Positions 1-9,103 of a stretch of DNA of 64,000 nt are shown here, piece by piece (the first letter of the stretch is position 1; each line of letters opens with the position of its first letter). Location: assembly GCA_963770835.1 (NCBI GenBank), contig CAVYRH010000026.1, positions 1 through 64,000 of the forward strand, read 5' to 3'. A program made the position numbers and the translations under genes. This DNA is from an uncultured Pseudomonadota bacterium. Its GTDB lineage: Bacteria; Oederibacteriota; Muellerivitia; Muellerivitales; Muellerivitaceae. The notes beneath the pieces are model-generated. The model was not told the origin of the DNA, ran no database searches, and worked only from the letters and a program-made list of their open reading frames with translations.

Positions 1-674
1 ATCTCCGGGTTGAAGCAGACAACTTCTTCCCAGGGAATCCTCACCGAATCCACGTTGGGCTTGGAAATTTCGTCCGCTCCGCCCGCCCATTCGATCATCG
101 CGGGCACCCAATGGCCGCCGCAGTAAATAGGGTCCACCCATTCCATGAAAAAAGCCTTCACTTTGGGAAGCCTCTTCGTGGCGGTTTTAACCTTTTCGAT
201 CCGCAGACGGGCTTCCTTCACCAGTTGTTCGGCTTTTTCACGGGTTCCCGTCTTCTCACCCAAGGCCAGGAGGCATACCAAGACGTCCTCAAAGGAATGG
301 GGTGTCTGCCAAAGGATTTCAGGTTTAGGGAGTAAGGAATTTAGCATTTGGGTTGCTTCGTTGCCCGAGGGGGCGCAGACTTGGCAGAGGTCCTGGGTGA
401 GGATGAGGTTGGGGGAGGCGGCCCGGATGGCCTTTTCATCCACAGCGTAAACGCTCCCGCCTTGGCCCACCCGTTCGCTAACAGCCTTGTCGATCTGGTC
501 CAAATTTAAGGATGCCAAATCCATAGCGCAGCGCACGACCACGGGTTTGCCTTTTACTTCGGGCGGGTAGTCGCACTCGTGGGAGACGCCCACCAATTGG
601 TCGGCCAGGCCCAAGGCGCAGGCCATCTCAGTGGCTGAGGGAAGGAAAGAAGCGATTCGAAGTTCGGAAGACAA
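1..674 (-). CDS. Cobalamin/iron-siderophore ABC substrate-binding protein (BtuF/TroA-like), runs off the window edge
   Basis: Not in the ORF track. Manual translation from TTG674 gives LSSELRIASFLPSATEMACALGLADQLVGVSHECDYP...LILTQDLCQVCA...FMEWVDPIYCGGHWVPAMIEWAGG, typical of this family. Cobalamin gene context. Confidence 0.85.
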   Translation of the reverse strand, partial: MSSELRIASFLPSATEMACALGLADQLVGVSHECDYPPEVKGKPVVVRCAMDLASLNLDQIDKAVSERVGQGGSVYAVDEKAIRAASPNLILTQDLCQVCAPSGNEATQMLNSLLPKPEILWQTPHSFEDVLVCLLALGEKTGTREKAEQLVKEARLRIEKVKTATKRLPKVKAFFMEWVDPIYCGGHWVPAMIEWAGGADEISKPNVDSVRIPWEEVVCFNPE

Positions 675-683
675 GTTGGTTTC

Positions 684-878
684 CTAGGGTTTTGGGGCGG
701 CTTGTTGAGCCTGGATTTCTTTTTCCAGGCATTGGGGGCAGAGGCAGTCGTGGCCCGCCACCGCCTTGGAAAGGGGCGGCAGCTTTTCACACCAGCACCC
801 GCCGGTGCGGGCGAAGCAATCGAAAGTTTTTCCACAGCGGCCGCAGGTCTTGGTTTCGGGTTTGTTTTGCTGGGACAT
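684..878 (-). CDS. Cysteine-rich CWC family protein
   Basis: CxxCGxxFxC...GGCWC..LP...CLCPxCL pattern in 64 aa. Confidence 0.85.
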   Translation of the reverse strand: MSQQNKPETKTCGRCGKTFDCFARTGGCWCEKLPPLSKAVAGHDCLCPQCLEKEIQAQQAAPKP

Positions 879-935
879 AGTTTGGATTGTACACTAAGGC
901 GGCCTCCTTAAAACAAGACGCCGGGGAACAGGTCA

Positions 936-1844
936 GTGATAAACGCTGGATTTCGAGCACCTAACTTTAAATTGAACCGGGCAAGGTTCTTTTTAATTCT
1001 ATTAATCCTACTGCTTTGGGTGGCCACTTCCCTTTTCGCGCAAACGCCACCGAAACGCGTCATCTCCATGGCGCCGAACCTGACTGAGATCGTCTACGAT
1101 ATCGGCGCCCAGGACCTTTTGGTGGGTGTCACCGATTTCTGCAAGTTCCCGCCGGAGGCGCAGAAGAAAGAAAAAATCGGCGGCTGGATCAATCCCAACT
1201 ACGAAAAAATCCTTTCGCTAAAACCTGACCTGGTGCTAGCCCTCAAATTTCACGGCAAGGCCGTGGACAACCTTGAAAAGTTGAAGGTTCCCGTTTTGGT
1301 CCAGGATTGCCAGACGGTGGAGGACGTTTTGGCTGCCTATGACACATTGGGGAAAGCCCTGGGGCGGGAGGCCGCCGCGAAAAAGGCCAAGGAAAAGCTG
1401 GCGGCGAGGCTTGCCAAGATACGCGCTGAGCCTTCCCAAGGAAGGTCTGTCTCCGTGCTTTTCGTCGTCGACCGGACGCCCGGCGCCCTGGACCAGATTT
1501 ACGGCGTGGGGCCCCATAACTTCGTGGATGCCCTCATCCGCTGGACGGGCGGGGCGAACATCCTTTACGATTCGCCCGTATCCTATCCGTTGGTATCGAA
1601 AGAGGAACTCTTGAAGCGCGACCCCGACGTCATCGTGAACGCCCTTCCCCCTGCCCATGGCAGGCCCGACGAGGTGGTCCGGGAAGCCGCCGTGTGGGAC
1701 GGCCTGCCCTCCCTGAAGGCCGTGAAGAACCACCGGGTCTATTGTTTCAATAAGGATGAGTATCTGATCCCCGGGCCCAGCATGGTGGGCTTGGGCGAAT
1801 TTCTTTCAGGGATATTCCGCGACGCCCGGGCGCAAAAAAATTGA
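936..1844 (+). CDS. btuF: Periplasmic cobalamin-binding protein
   Basis: Signal peptide, RVISMAPNLTEIVY, VGVTDFC, NYEKILSLKPDLV and LKAVKNHRVY motifs. Directly upstream of the B12 riboswitch and btuB. Confidence 0.85.
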   Translation: MINAGFRAPNFKLNRARFFLILLILLLWVATSLFAQTPPKRVISMAPNLTEIVYDIGAQDLLVGVTDFCKFPPEAQKKEKIGGWINPNYEKILSLKPDLVLALKFHGKAVDNLEKLKVPVLVQDCQTVEDVLAAYDTLGKALGREAAAKKAKEKLAARLAKIRAEPSQGRSVSVLFVVDRTPGALDQIYGVGPHNFVDALIRWTGGANILYDSPVSYPLVSKEELLKRDPDVIVNALPPAHGRPDEVVREAAVWDGLPSLKAVKNHRVYCFNKDEYLIPGPSMVGLGEFLSGIFRDARAQKN

Positions 1845-1869
1845 AAAGGTTTTTCGGAATTCTTTGCCG

Positions 1870-1898
1870 TTGACAAGTCCCGCCGACAGGAGTATTTA
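1870..1898 (+). promoter_or_regulatory. Putative sigma70 promoter of the btuB leader
   Basis: TTGACA-17 nt-TATTTA just upstream of the riboswitch. Confidence 0.55.
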
Positions 1899-1904
1899 AC
1901 CATC

Positions 1905-2045
1905 ACAACTCAGGGTGCTCGGGAAGCCGGTGTAAATCCGGCACGGACCCGCCACTGTGAGGGGCGACGTTTTTTCCGGGAACCACTGTCCAAAAGATGG
2001 GAAGGTCCCGGAAGTTGAGTGCCCCGAGTCAGGAGACCGGCCTTG
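1905..2045 (+). ncRNA. Cobalamin riboswitch
   Basis: Conserved blocks GGGAAGCCGGTGTAAATCCGGCACGG-CCCGCCACTGTGA, CCACTG...TGGGAAGG and the B12 box AGTCAGGAGACCGGCC, upstream of a TonB receptor. Confidence 0.95.
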
Positions 2046-2149
2046 AGAAATCTTCGAATGCTTCTTCGGGAATAAGAAGCGGAGAGTCCTTCCAACGGAA
2101 GTCCCTCTGCCCCCTCCCCATTGAAGCTTTCGGCCTCGGGGAGAGGGCC

Positions 2150-4159
2150 ATGAAACATTTTTTAAGGTCGTGCCGTGTTTTGCCTTTGGTTTCCTTGTTT
2201 TTTCCAGCCTTGTTGTGGGCGGATCCGCCTCTCGTTGTCGAACCCGCCGCAAACACCCTTACTGTTGAATCTTCCGCCAATACCTTGCCTGCCCAGTCCT
2301 TGCCGCCGATGCGGGAAATGGTGGTCACCGCCAGCCGCCTGGATACGCCCGCCAATCAGGTTCCCAATTCCATGACCGTCATCACGGTGCAGGACATGGA
2401 AAAAAAACAATCAGGGACCGTGAATGAGGCCCTCCAAAACGTTCCGGGATTGGACGTGGTCCAGTCGGGCGGGCCAGGTGAAATCACTTACATTTACACG
2501 CGGGGAGGGAATGACGCGGATACCCTCGTGCTCATGGACGGCATCCCCTTGAACGACCCCATCGCGACCGCCCGGTCCTACGACTACCTGGATGAGCTGA
2601 CCCTGGGCGGCGTGCAGCAGATCGAGGTTGTAAGGGGCCCCCAAAGCGTGCTTTACGGGTCTAACGCCATGGCCGGGGTGGTCAATATCGTCACCCAGGA
2701 AGGCGCAGGGCCCACGGGTGGGTCAGCCCTATTCGAGGGCGGCTCCTACGGGACGGTCCGTGAGGCGGCTTTAGCGCAAGGCGGCGGTCCCCAGGGCAAT
2801 TACGCCTTGAGTGCGTCTTACTTTGACACCGCCGGGTTTCCCTCGGCGGACAAGGCTTTCGGGAACACCCTGAACAACCCGGATACCGACTTCTCGAGCC
2901 TTTTGCGCCTCGGCGCGGCCCCGGTTTCCAATCTCCGGGAGGAAGTTCTGGTCAATTACAATCAGTCCCGTACCAACGTGGATGATGGGGCCGGTTCGGG
3001 GTCGACCCCGATGCCCATCATGGACGATCCCAATTACTGGGTGGATCAGAAGCAAGTTTTGGTAGGAAGCAAGACCCACTTCACCCTGGGGGATTGGGAG
3101 CAGTCCCTTGTCCTTTCTTTTGGGGACAACAACCGGTATTACATCGATTCAGCCGACGCGGCTTATCCCAACTCCTCGACTTTTACCAACCAATACGACG
3201 GCCAAACGGGCCAGGCCACCTGGCAGAACAACCTGCGGTTGGACCCGGGAAAAATCCTGGTGTTCGGCCTCCAAGGCTACCGGGAATGGGGCAACGAGTC
3301 CTCCCTTTATTTCGGGGTTCCCAGTCCCTCCACCCAGGCAAGCCAATGGGCGGAAAGCGGGTTCCTGGAAGCCCAAGTCAAACAAGACGACAGGTTTTTC
3401 CTCAACCTGGGGGCGCGGGCGGATGATTACAACACTTACGGAACCCACGGGACCTACCAGGCGGGCGCGGCATATTTTATCCCGGGTTTGGAAACGAAGG
3501 TGAAGGCCACCTATGGGACCGGGTTCCTGGCGCCTTCCCTTTACCAGCTTTATGCCCCACCGCCCACGGGCAACCCGTCCCTCCAGCCGGAAACCAGCAC
3601 CGGTTACGATTTTGGCCTGGAGCAACCCCTCGGTGGAAATGCGGTACGGTTTGGGGCCACCTATTTCCACAACGACTTCGAGAACCTGATTATCTACGTG
3701 GGGTCCTACCCGACCGGGCAATACATGAACAGCAGTTCCTTCCAAACCCAGGGCCTTGAGACTTTCGTGGATTTGAAGATCGAAAAAGTCTTAACCATTC
3801 GGGGTTCCTATACCTACACCGATGTGCAGACTGCCATCCCCGCCACTCAGTCCACTTCGCCCCTGATTCAAAAGCCGGCGAACCAGGCGGGGCTGGACGT
3901 GGACAGCCAGTTGGGCGCCCTGGAACTGGGGGCCTCGGCCTCTTACGTGGGAGCCAGACCCGATTACGATTTCTACGCCGGATCGCCGGTCACCTTGGCT
4001 GAGTATTACCTGGTGAATCTTCGGGCGTCTTTCCAAGTGGAGGACCACGTCAAGCTATTCGCCCGCGTGGACAATCTGTTCAACCAGTTTTACGAGGAAG
4101 CCTATGGCTTCGGCACGCCGGGTTTGTCTGGCTATGCGGGTACAAAAGTTTCTTTCTAG
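2150..4159 (+). CDS. btuB: TonB-dependent vitamin B12 receptor
   Basis: MVVTASR, plug motifs (LVLMDGIPL, IEVVRGPQSVLYGSNAMAGVVNIVT), C-terminal NLFNQFY...F. Start set at ATG2150 after a GGAG SD, because the longer ORF overlaps the riboswitch. Confidence 0.92.
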   Translation: MKHFLRSCRVLPLVSLFFPALLWADPPLVVEPAANTLTVESSANTLPAQSLPPMREMVVTASRLDTPANQVPNSMTVITVQDMEKKQSGTVNEALQNVPGLDVVQSGGPGEITYIYTRGGNDADTLVLMDGIPLNDPIATARSYDYLDELTLGGVQQIEVVRGPQSVLYGSNAMAGVVNIVTQEGAGPTGGSALFEGGSYGTVREAALAQGGGPQGNYALSASYFDTAGFPSADKAFGNTLNNPDTDFSSLLRLGAAPVSNLREEVLVNYNQSRTNVDDGAGSGSTPMPIMDDPNYWVDQKQVLVGSKTHFTLGDWEQSLVLSFGDNNRYYIDSADAAYPNSSTFTNQYDGQTGQATWQNNLRLDPGKILVFGLQGYREWGNESSLYFGVPSPSTQASQWAESGFLEAQVKQDDRFFLNLGARADDYNTYGTHGTYQAGAAYFIPGLETKVKATYGTGFLAPSLYQLYAPPPTGNPSLQPETSTGYDFGLEQPLGGNAVRFGATYFHNDFENLIIYVGSYPTGQYMNSSSFQTQGLETFVDLKIEKVLTIRGSYTYTDVQTAIPATQSTSPLIQKPANQAGLDVDSQLGALELGASASYVGARPDYDFYAGSPVTLAEYYLVNLRASFQVEDHVKLFARVDNLFNQFYEEAYGFGTPGLSGYAGTKVSF

Positions 4160-4169
4160 TGGAAAGCAT

Positions 4170-4203
4170 GGAAAAAGTGGCCTGATGGGGAGCCGCTTTT
4201 TCC
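4170..4203 (+). terminator. Probable intrinsic terminator after btuB
   Basis: GGAAAAAGTGGC...GCCGCTTTTTCC hairpin with a T tract. Confidence 0.55.
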
Positions 4204-4235
4204 GTTAGTTCGGCCTTTAATTATTTATTAAAAAG

Positions 4236-4254
4236 TACTTTACAATACAAAGTA
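4236..4254. promoter_or_regulatory. Palindromic operator 1 (TACTTTACAATACAAAGTA)
   Basis: Inverted repeat upstream of the 4274 gene. A near-identical copy lies at 5282. Confidence 0.7.
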
Positions 4255-4273
4255 TATGCGGTAATGTTCGGGC

Positions 4274-4876
4274 ATGGGAATCAATGAGGCCTTAGAACAG
4301 CTCGAAGAGATCCACAACCACGTGCACCGTTCAGAGGTGTACCGGGGCTATCGGTCCATCCTCACAGCGACAATGGGGTTAGTGGCCCTGGGGGCGGCCT
4401 TCCTCCAGCCCCGGTTCGTGGAGACCGGCCATCCCCTTTCTTTTGTTTATTTCTGGGTGGTTGTGGCGGCAGTGAACTTCGTCCTGCCCATGAGCCAGAT
4501 CCTTTTCCACTATTTCGCCCATGAAAAGGGCCAGGAACGCCGCAAAACCCGCCTGGCAGTGGGCCAATTCCTTCCCTGCATCCTGGCCGGGGCCTTCCTG
4601 ACCTTCGCGGTGTGCAAGACGGACGATGCCTTCATCGTCTTTCTGCCCGGGCTTTGGGCCATCCTCTTCGGTATGGGTGTTTACGCCTCCAAGCCTTACC
4701 TGCCCGGCACTATCCATTGGATGGCAGCCTTCTTCTTCCTGAGCGGGCTGGTGCTCCTGGCCCTCGTCCCCTCCAGCCAAAGCCTTTCCCCTTGGGGCAT
4801 GGGGCTTACCTTCGGCCTAGGCCTCATCCTGGGAGCCGGGATCCTTTACTTCAACCTGGAAAGGAAAAAGCCATGA
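4274..4876 (+). CDS. Multi-pass membrane protein, putative sensor partner of the downstream regulator
   Basis: About 6 hydrophobic segments. ATGA overlap with the regulator gene. Confidence 0.75.
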   Translation: MGINEALEQLEEIHNHVHRSEVYRGYRSILTATMGLVALGAAFLQPRFVETGHPLSFVYFWVVVAAVNFVLPMSQILFHYFAHEKGQERRKTRLAVGQFLPCILAGAFLTFAVCKTDDAFIVFLPGLWAILFGMGVYASKPYLPGTIHWMAAFFFLSGLVLLALVPSSQSLSPWGMGLTFGLGLILGAGILYFNLERKKP

Positions 4877-5265
4877 GCGACAACCCTACCCCCCCTTCCA
4901 CTGCGGGCCGGCACGCCTATGAGGGCCTCGACCGGGCCATCCACGAAAAGGCCCGGCTGGGCATCATGACCTGCCTTTTGACCCACAAGGACGGGCTTAC
5001 CTTCAACGACATCAAACAGCTCTGCGCCCTCACCGACGGCAACTTAAGCCGCCATTTGAAGGTGCTGGAGGAGGAAAAGTTAGTGGAGGTGGAGAAGGGT
5101 TACGAGGGCAAAAAGCCCAAAACCCTCTGCCGCTTGAGTGCCGAGGGCCGAAAGAGGTTCCTGGGCTACCTGGAGGAGTTGGAAAAGGTGATCAAGGATG
5201 CTTCGGTGCAGAAGGCCCTGCGGGAGGATGAAAAAGACGGGGGGGCAGCCTGGTCGCCAGTATGA
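4873..5265 (+). CDS. Winged-helix transcriptional regulator (ArsR/MarR-like, HTH_34 type)
   Basis: LDRAIHEKARLGIM...LTDGNLSRHLKVLEE...GRKRF..YL..LE. Confidence 0.88.
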   Translation: MSDNPTPPSTAGRHAYEGLDRAIHEKARLGIMTCLLTHKDGLTFNDIKQLCALTDGNLSRHLKVLEEEKLVEVEKGYEGKKPKTLCRLSAEGRKRFLGYLEELEKVIKDASVQKALREDEKDGGAAWSPV

Positions 5266-5281
5266 CCCTTTTTTGGTCTTT

Positions 5282-5299
5282 TACTTTGTAGTACAAAGT
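5282..5299. promoter_or_regulatory. Palindromic operator 2 (TACTTTGTAGTACAAAGT)
   Basis: ACTTTGTA-G-TACAAAGT perfect inverted repeat upstream of ispH, matching operator 1. Confidence 0.7.
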
Positions 5300-5323
5300 T
5301 ATTTGCAATGAAGGGAGAAAGCC

Positions 5324-6190
5324 ATGAAAGTTTTGAAGGCCCAGGCCATGGGTATGTGCTTCGGTGTGAAGGACGCTATCGAGAGGGTGATGGCCCTTCC
5401 CCAGCCGGAGGAAACCGCCATTTACGGGCAGCTGGTCCACAACGAGGAGGTCTTGACCCGGCTTCGGGAAAAAGGGCTGACGCAATTGGAGGAGGACAAC
5501 CGGTTCGCTTCGGTCGAAAAGCCTTGGCTGGTCATCACCGCTCATGGGATCAGCGACCGTGAGAAAAAGGAACTTTTGGAAAGGGGGAAGGGACTGATTG
5601 ACACCACCTGCCCCTTGGTACGCCGGGTGCACGAGACGGCCAAGCATTTCGCCCAATGCGGCTATTTCGTCGTCATGGTGGGCCGCGCCGACCACGTGGA
5701 GGTGAAGGGCCTGGTGGGGGACCTTTCTTGGTTCGCGGTGGTGGGCGGCCCGGAAGAAGTCCGGCGTTACGAGGCCGACCGCATCGCCATTCTTTGCCAG
5801 ACCACGACCCCGCCGGCACTGCTCGAGCGCGTTTACGAAAAAATAACCCGCAAGAACTTCGGGAGGGAAATCCGCTTCATCGACACCATTTGCCGCCCCA
5901 CCCGCGAAAGACAGAGGGCCGTGGAGGAACTGCTGGACGAGGTGGAGGCCCTGGTGGTGGTGGGCGGCAAGAACTCCAACAACACCCGCCAGCTCAAGGC
6001 TCTGGCCGAAAACCGGGGTGTCCCTGTCCTGCAAGTGGAAACCGCCGCGCAACTGACCCCGGACTGGTTCAAGGGCTTCAACGTGGTGGGACTGACCGCC
6101 GGAACTTCCACCCTGGACGGGACCATTGAGGAGGTCTACCAGACTTTGGCGGGAATGGAGGTTGGAAATGAATCAATTATTCGGCAGTGA
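5324..6190 (+). CDS. ispH: 4-hydroxy-3-methylbut-2-enyl diphosphate reductase (IspH/LytB)
   Basis: GMCFGV, VHN, TAHG, DTTCPLV, HVEV, QTT, DTIC..T..RQ, VGGKNSNNT and TAGTST motifs, with the three Fe-S cysteines. Confidence 0.95.
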   Translation: MKVLKAQAMGMCFGVKDAIERVMALPQPEETAIYGQLVHNEEVLTRLREKGLTQLEEDNRFASVEKPWLVITAHGISDREKKELLERGKGLIDTTCPLVRRVHETAKHFAQCGYFVVMVGRADHVEVKGLVGDLSWFAVVGGPEEVRRYEADRIAILCQTTTPPALLERVYEKITRKNFGREIRFIDTICRPTRERQRAVEELLDEVEALVVVGGKNSNNTRQLKALAENRGVPVLQVETAAQLTPDWFKGFNVVGLTAGTSTLDGTIEEVYQTLAGMEVGNESIIRQ

Positions 6191-6932
6191 CATCACCCGC
6201 GAGATCTGGGGCGACCCAGAGAACGTGGTCCTCATTTACGCTGGGGCGGCGGCGGAATTCGCCTTGCACCCGGAGAACCACTGGCTCTTTTACACCGGCA
6301 AACTTCCTTCCGACCCGCTGGGACGTTTGCGTGATACGCTCCAGTACCAGCAAAAGCTTTTCTTCATGTCCAAGGACCGGGTGCCCTTGGTAGCCCGGCA
6401 TATCAAGGACATGCACCGTCAAGTCGAGGATAAAAGGTCCAAGGAAGAGGGGAACTCGCGCATTTCCGACCGAGCTTACCTTCAGGTTTTTTCCATGCTC
6501 ATCGAATACGGAATCCGGGGTTATGAATACTTGAACCGGCACCCCCTAGCCCGGGCGCAAAAAGAAGCCTACTTCGACGACATCCGCTCCATCGCCTTGA
6601 TGATGGAAATCGAAAACTTCCCCGCCGACTATCCCCACTACCTCACCCAACGCACCCAGATGGTCGTTCGGGAACTTCAGTTCAACTCCTATACCTGGGA
6701 ATTGATGAAAGCCTATCGGAAAAATCTGGGGCCTTTTCGTTATTGGTGCTTGCTCCAATTCCAGGCCCGGTTCATCGACCCCATCCTCGCGCAGCGGCTG
6801 GGCTTGGCGCCGGGCCGGCTCTTCGGCTGGCTTTACCAGCTCTATCCCCGCTTGCGGTTCAAGGCCCTCACCGAGGGCCTGCTGCGTTTGGCGCTCAGAC
6901 CCGGATCAAATCCGCTGGGGGTAAAGGCATGA
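6168..6932 (+). CDS. MpaB/DUF2236 (rubber oxygenase-like) family protein
   Basis: SDITREIWG...AAAEFAL...DPLGRL..T..Y...I..MH..VE layout typical of the oxygenase MpaB family. Confidence 0.72.
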   Translation: MNQLFGSDITREIWGDPENVVLIYAGAAAEFALHPENHWLFYTGKLPSDPLGRLRDTLQYQQKLFFMSKDRVPLVARHIKDMHRQVEDKRSKEEGNSRISDRAYLQVFSMLIEYGIRGYEYLNRHPLARAQKEAYFDDIRSIALMMEIENFPADYPHYLTQRTQMVVRELQFNSYTWELMKAYRKNLGPFRYWCLLQFQARFIDPILAQRLGLAPGRLFGWLYQLYPRLRFKALTEGLLRLALRPGSNPLGVKA

Positions 6933-7465
6933 GTTTTTTCATCAAGGTCGTCGCCGCGGCCATCCTTACTTTGCTCGTGGCCGTCGGTTTTGCGGCGGGC
7001 CTCTTGTTCCTTTGGGTGGACCCCTTCCAATGGAAAACCCCGAGCGACAAAAGGGTGATCGCCCTGTTCCAACATCACCAAGCCCAATTCGAAAAACTGG
7101 AGCAAATGACCATGGAGGACTACCAACACGGGTATTACTACGACGCCCCTAAAAACGGGAAAGCGGTGAGACCCATGAGTCCTTCGCGCCGGGAGGAGTA
7201 CCAAAAACTGTTATCCCAAATCGATTACAACCTCGACATGAACTCCGATGAAAGCTACGGCATGGTCGAAATCAGGTTCACCCTCGCCAGCGGAGGGATG
7301 GGACCCCTGGGGGACGACTGGATCAAAGGCATCGAATATCTGTCGGGGTATTGCAAGGAAGAAGGAAAAATCTTGCCCAGCCTGGACGCGGGGTTCAGCC
7401 TGCCCGAGGACGACTATCTGCGGGTCATCCAGCCCAACTGGTATGTCTTTTACTCGGTTTATTAA
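6929..7465 (+). CDS. Hypothetical membrane-anchored protein
   Basis: ATG6929 overlaps the upstream stop. N-terminal TM, C-terminal KGIEY...IQPNWY. Confidence 0.7.
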   Translation: MSFFIKVVAAAILTLLVAVGFAAGLLFLWVDPFQWKTPSDKRVIALFQHHQAQFEKLEQMTMEDYQHGYYYDAPKNGKAVRPMSPSRREEYQKLLSQIDYNLDMNSDESYGMVEIRFTLASGGMGPLGDDWIKGIEYLSGYCKEEGKILPSLDAGFSLPEDDYLRVIQPNWYVFYSVY

Positions 7466-7483
7466 CGGAAAGGAGGCCCTTGA

Positions 7484-8353
7484 ATGGAAACGATGGATTC
7501 AGCCAATTGGATCTTAATGGGCATTGATGTCGCGGTTCTTTTGGGGCTTGTCCTTTGGAAACCCCGGCGTGAAGCCCTCGCCGTCCTCCGTGTGGCATTC
7601 ATGGTGTTCCAACTGGTCCTGGTTAATTGTGCCTGTCTCTTTCCCCTCTTTTGTTATATGAAGTCTAAGTCTTTAGCCCTGATTTTAGCCGTGATGCCTC
7701 CCGTTTTGATCTGGCTTTTTTTGATCATTCTCCTGAAGAAAGAAAACAAGCCTTCTGTTTTCTCGGCGGAAAGGGTTGTTCTGGCCGTCAACCTGGCCGT
7801 GATCCTTTTCTTCACCTTCAAATGGGTGTTCATGTACACCCTCCAAAATTTTTTCCTCTGGCTTTTTCCACTCGGTTGGATGGCCCTTACTTTTTTTGCC
7901 GCCCTGGCTTGGGCCTTTTCCTACGCCGCCAGCTGGATCCAGAGAAAAGGAAGGCGTTCTTTGAATCCCCTGTTGTCTTGCATTGTGACCGTCCTCACGG
8001 TGGCCCTTTTTCCGTTGGATGACATTGGCCGCTGGACGAATTGCATGGTTTTCTTTTTGCCCCGCGAATCGGTGGTGCGCGAAATCCAGTGCGGAAGCTT
8101 GAGGCTGGAAGGACGCCGACCCGAACTTTCCGGATGGCGAAAGTATTTATCCATCGGCGGCCGGGTGGATTTGCAAGGAAGCGGGGAGGGCACAAAAGTC
8201 ATGTTTGTCGATGCGGAAGGGTTTTTATCCGACTTCTCGGGGTTTATTTACTCCGGCGATGGGCGTGCCCCTGTTGAAGGCGATTTCACCATTGTGAACT
8301 CGACGGTCAAAAAGATTACGAGCCACTGGTATTACGCGGAGTCGAACAATTGA
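7484..8353 (+). CDS. Hypothetical multi-pass membrane protein
   Basis: AGGAGG SD, about 6 TMs, C-terminal SGFIYS...ITSHWY. Confidence 0.7.
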   Translation: METMDSANWILMGIDVAVLLGLVLWKPRREALAVLRVAFMVFQLVLVNCACLFPLFCYMKSKSLALILAVMPPVLIWLFLIILLKKENKPSVFSAERVVLAVNLAVILFFTFKWVFMYTLQNFFLWLFPLGWMALTFFAALAWAFSYAASWIQRKGRRSLNPLLSCIVTVLTVALFPLDDIGRWTNCMVFFLPRESVVREIQCGSLRLEGRRPELSGWRKYLSIGGRVDLQGSGEGTKVMFVDAEGFLSDFSGFIYSGDGRAPVEGDFTIVNSTVKKITSHWYYAESNN

Positions 8354-9051
8354 AAAAATCTATTGCCGTCTATCTTTTGCGCTTAAAGAGCCTTTGCCAG
8401 GGCCGCCCTGAGGCGGCGGACTGGCTGGAGGACGAAGGCTGGCTTTTGTTCTGCGTGTTCTGGCTCTTCGGGGGGCTTTTCCTTTACGGCTTCGCCATCG
8501 GCCTTTGGCGGGCGCCTCTGCAAGGGCTCTATGGGGCCATCAAGACGCCTGTGCTGATGGCCGTGACTATCTCGGGGACCACCCTGGCCAACTGGATGCT
8601 GGCTTCCCTGCTGGGCGCCAGCCTCTCCTTCCGGCAGGCCCTCTTGACCCAGCTGATGGGCTATGTGGTGCTGGTGACCATCCTCTTAAGCGTGGTGCCA
8701 CTGGCCTTTTTCCTGGATGGATGTGCCCCTTCTTCCACTGGAAAAGACGCATGGACTGGTTATGTGGCCGTCAGCTTGTTCCAAGTGATGACCATTGCCG
8801 GGGCGGGTTTGGCATCCCATGTCCGGCTCTTTCACCTGATCCTTCATGTTTGCCGGAACCGTTCCGTGGCCCGTTGGGTGCTCCTGGCTTGGATGGCGAA
8901 TAATTTATTTCTTGGCTCCCATTTCTCCTGGTACTTGAGGCCCTTTATGGGTAATCCGGCGAAACAGGTGGAGTTTTTTCACGACAGGGCTTGGGCCCTT
9001 GGGGGCTTTTACAGCGGTTTGACCGGGGCGATTTCGCGGTTAGGGCATTAA
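8350..9051 (+). CDS. Uncharacterised 5-TM membrane protein, paralog 1
   Basis: Hydrophobic, with the GSHFSWYLRPFMG motif shared with the next two genes. Confidence 0.75.
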   Translation: MKKSIAVYLLRLKSLCQGRPEAADWLEDEGWLLFCVFWLFGGLFLYGFAIGLWRAPLQGLYGAIKTPVLMAVTISGTTLANWMLASLLGASLSFRQALLTQLMGYVVLVTILLSVVPLAFFLDGCAPSSTGKDAWTGYVAVSLFQVMTIAGAGLASHVRLFHLILHVCRNRSVARWVLLAWMANNLFLGSHFSWYLRPFMGNPAKQVEFFHDRAWALGGFYSGLTGAISRLGH

Positions 9052-9103
9052 AGAATCAAAAAGGAGCGGCCATGAAAAATCAAAGCAAGAACCTGTTATC
9101 CCT

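Noticed and set aside
1997..2149. 51-aa N-terminal extension of BtuB in the ORF track
   Set aside because: It overlaps the riboswitch. The SD and signal peptide fit ATG2150.
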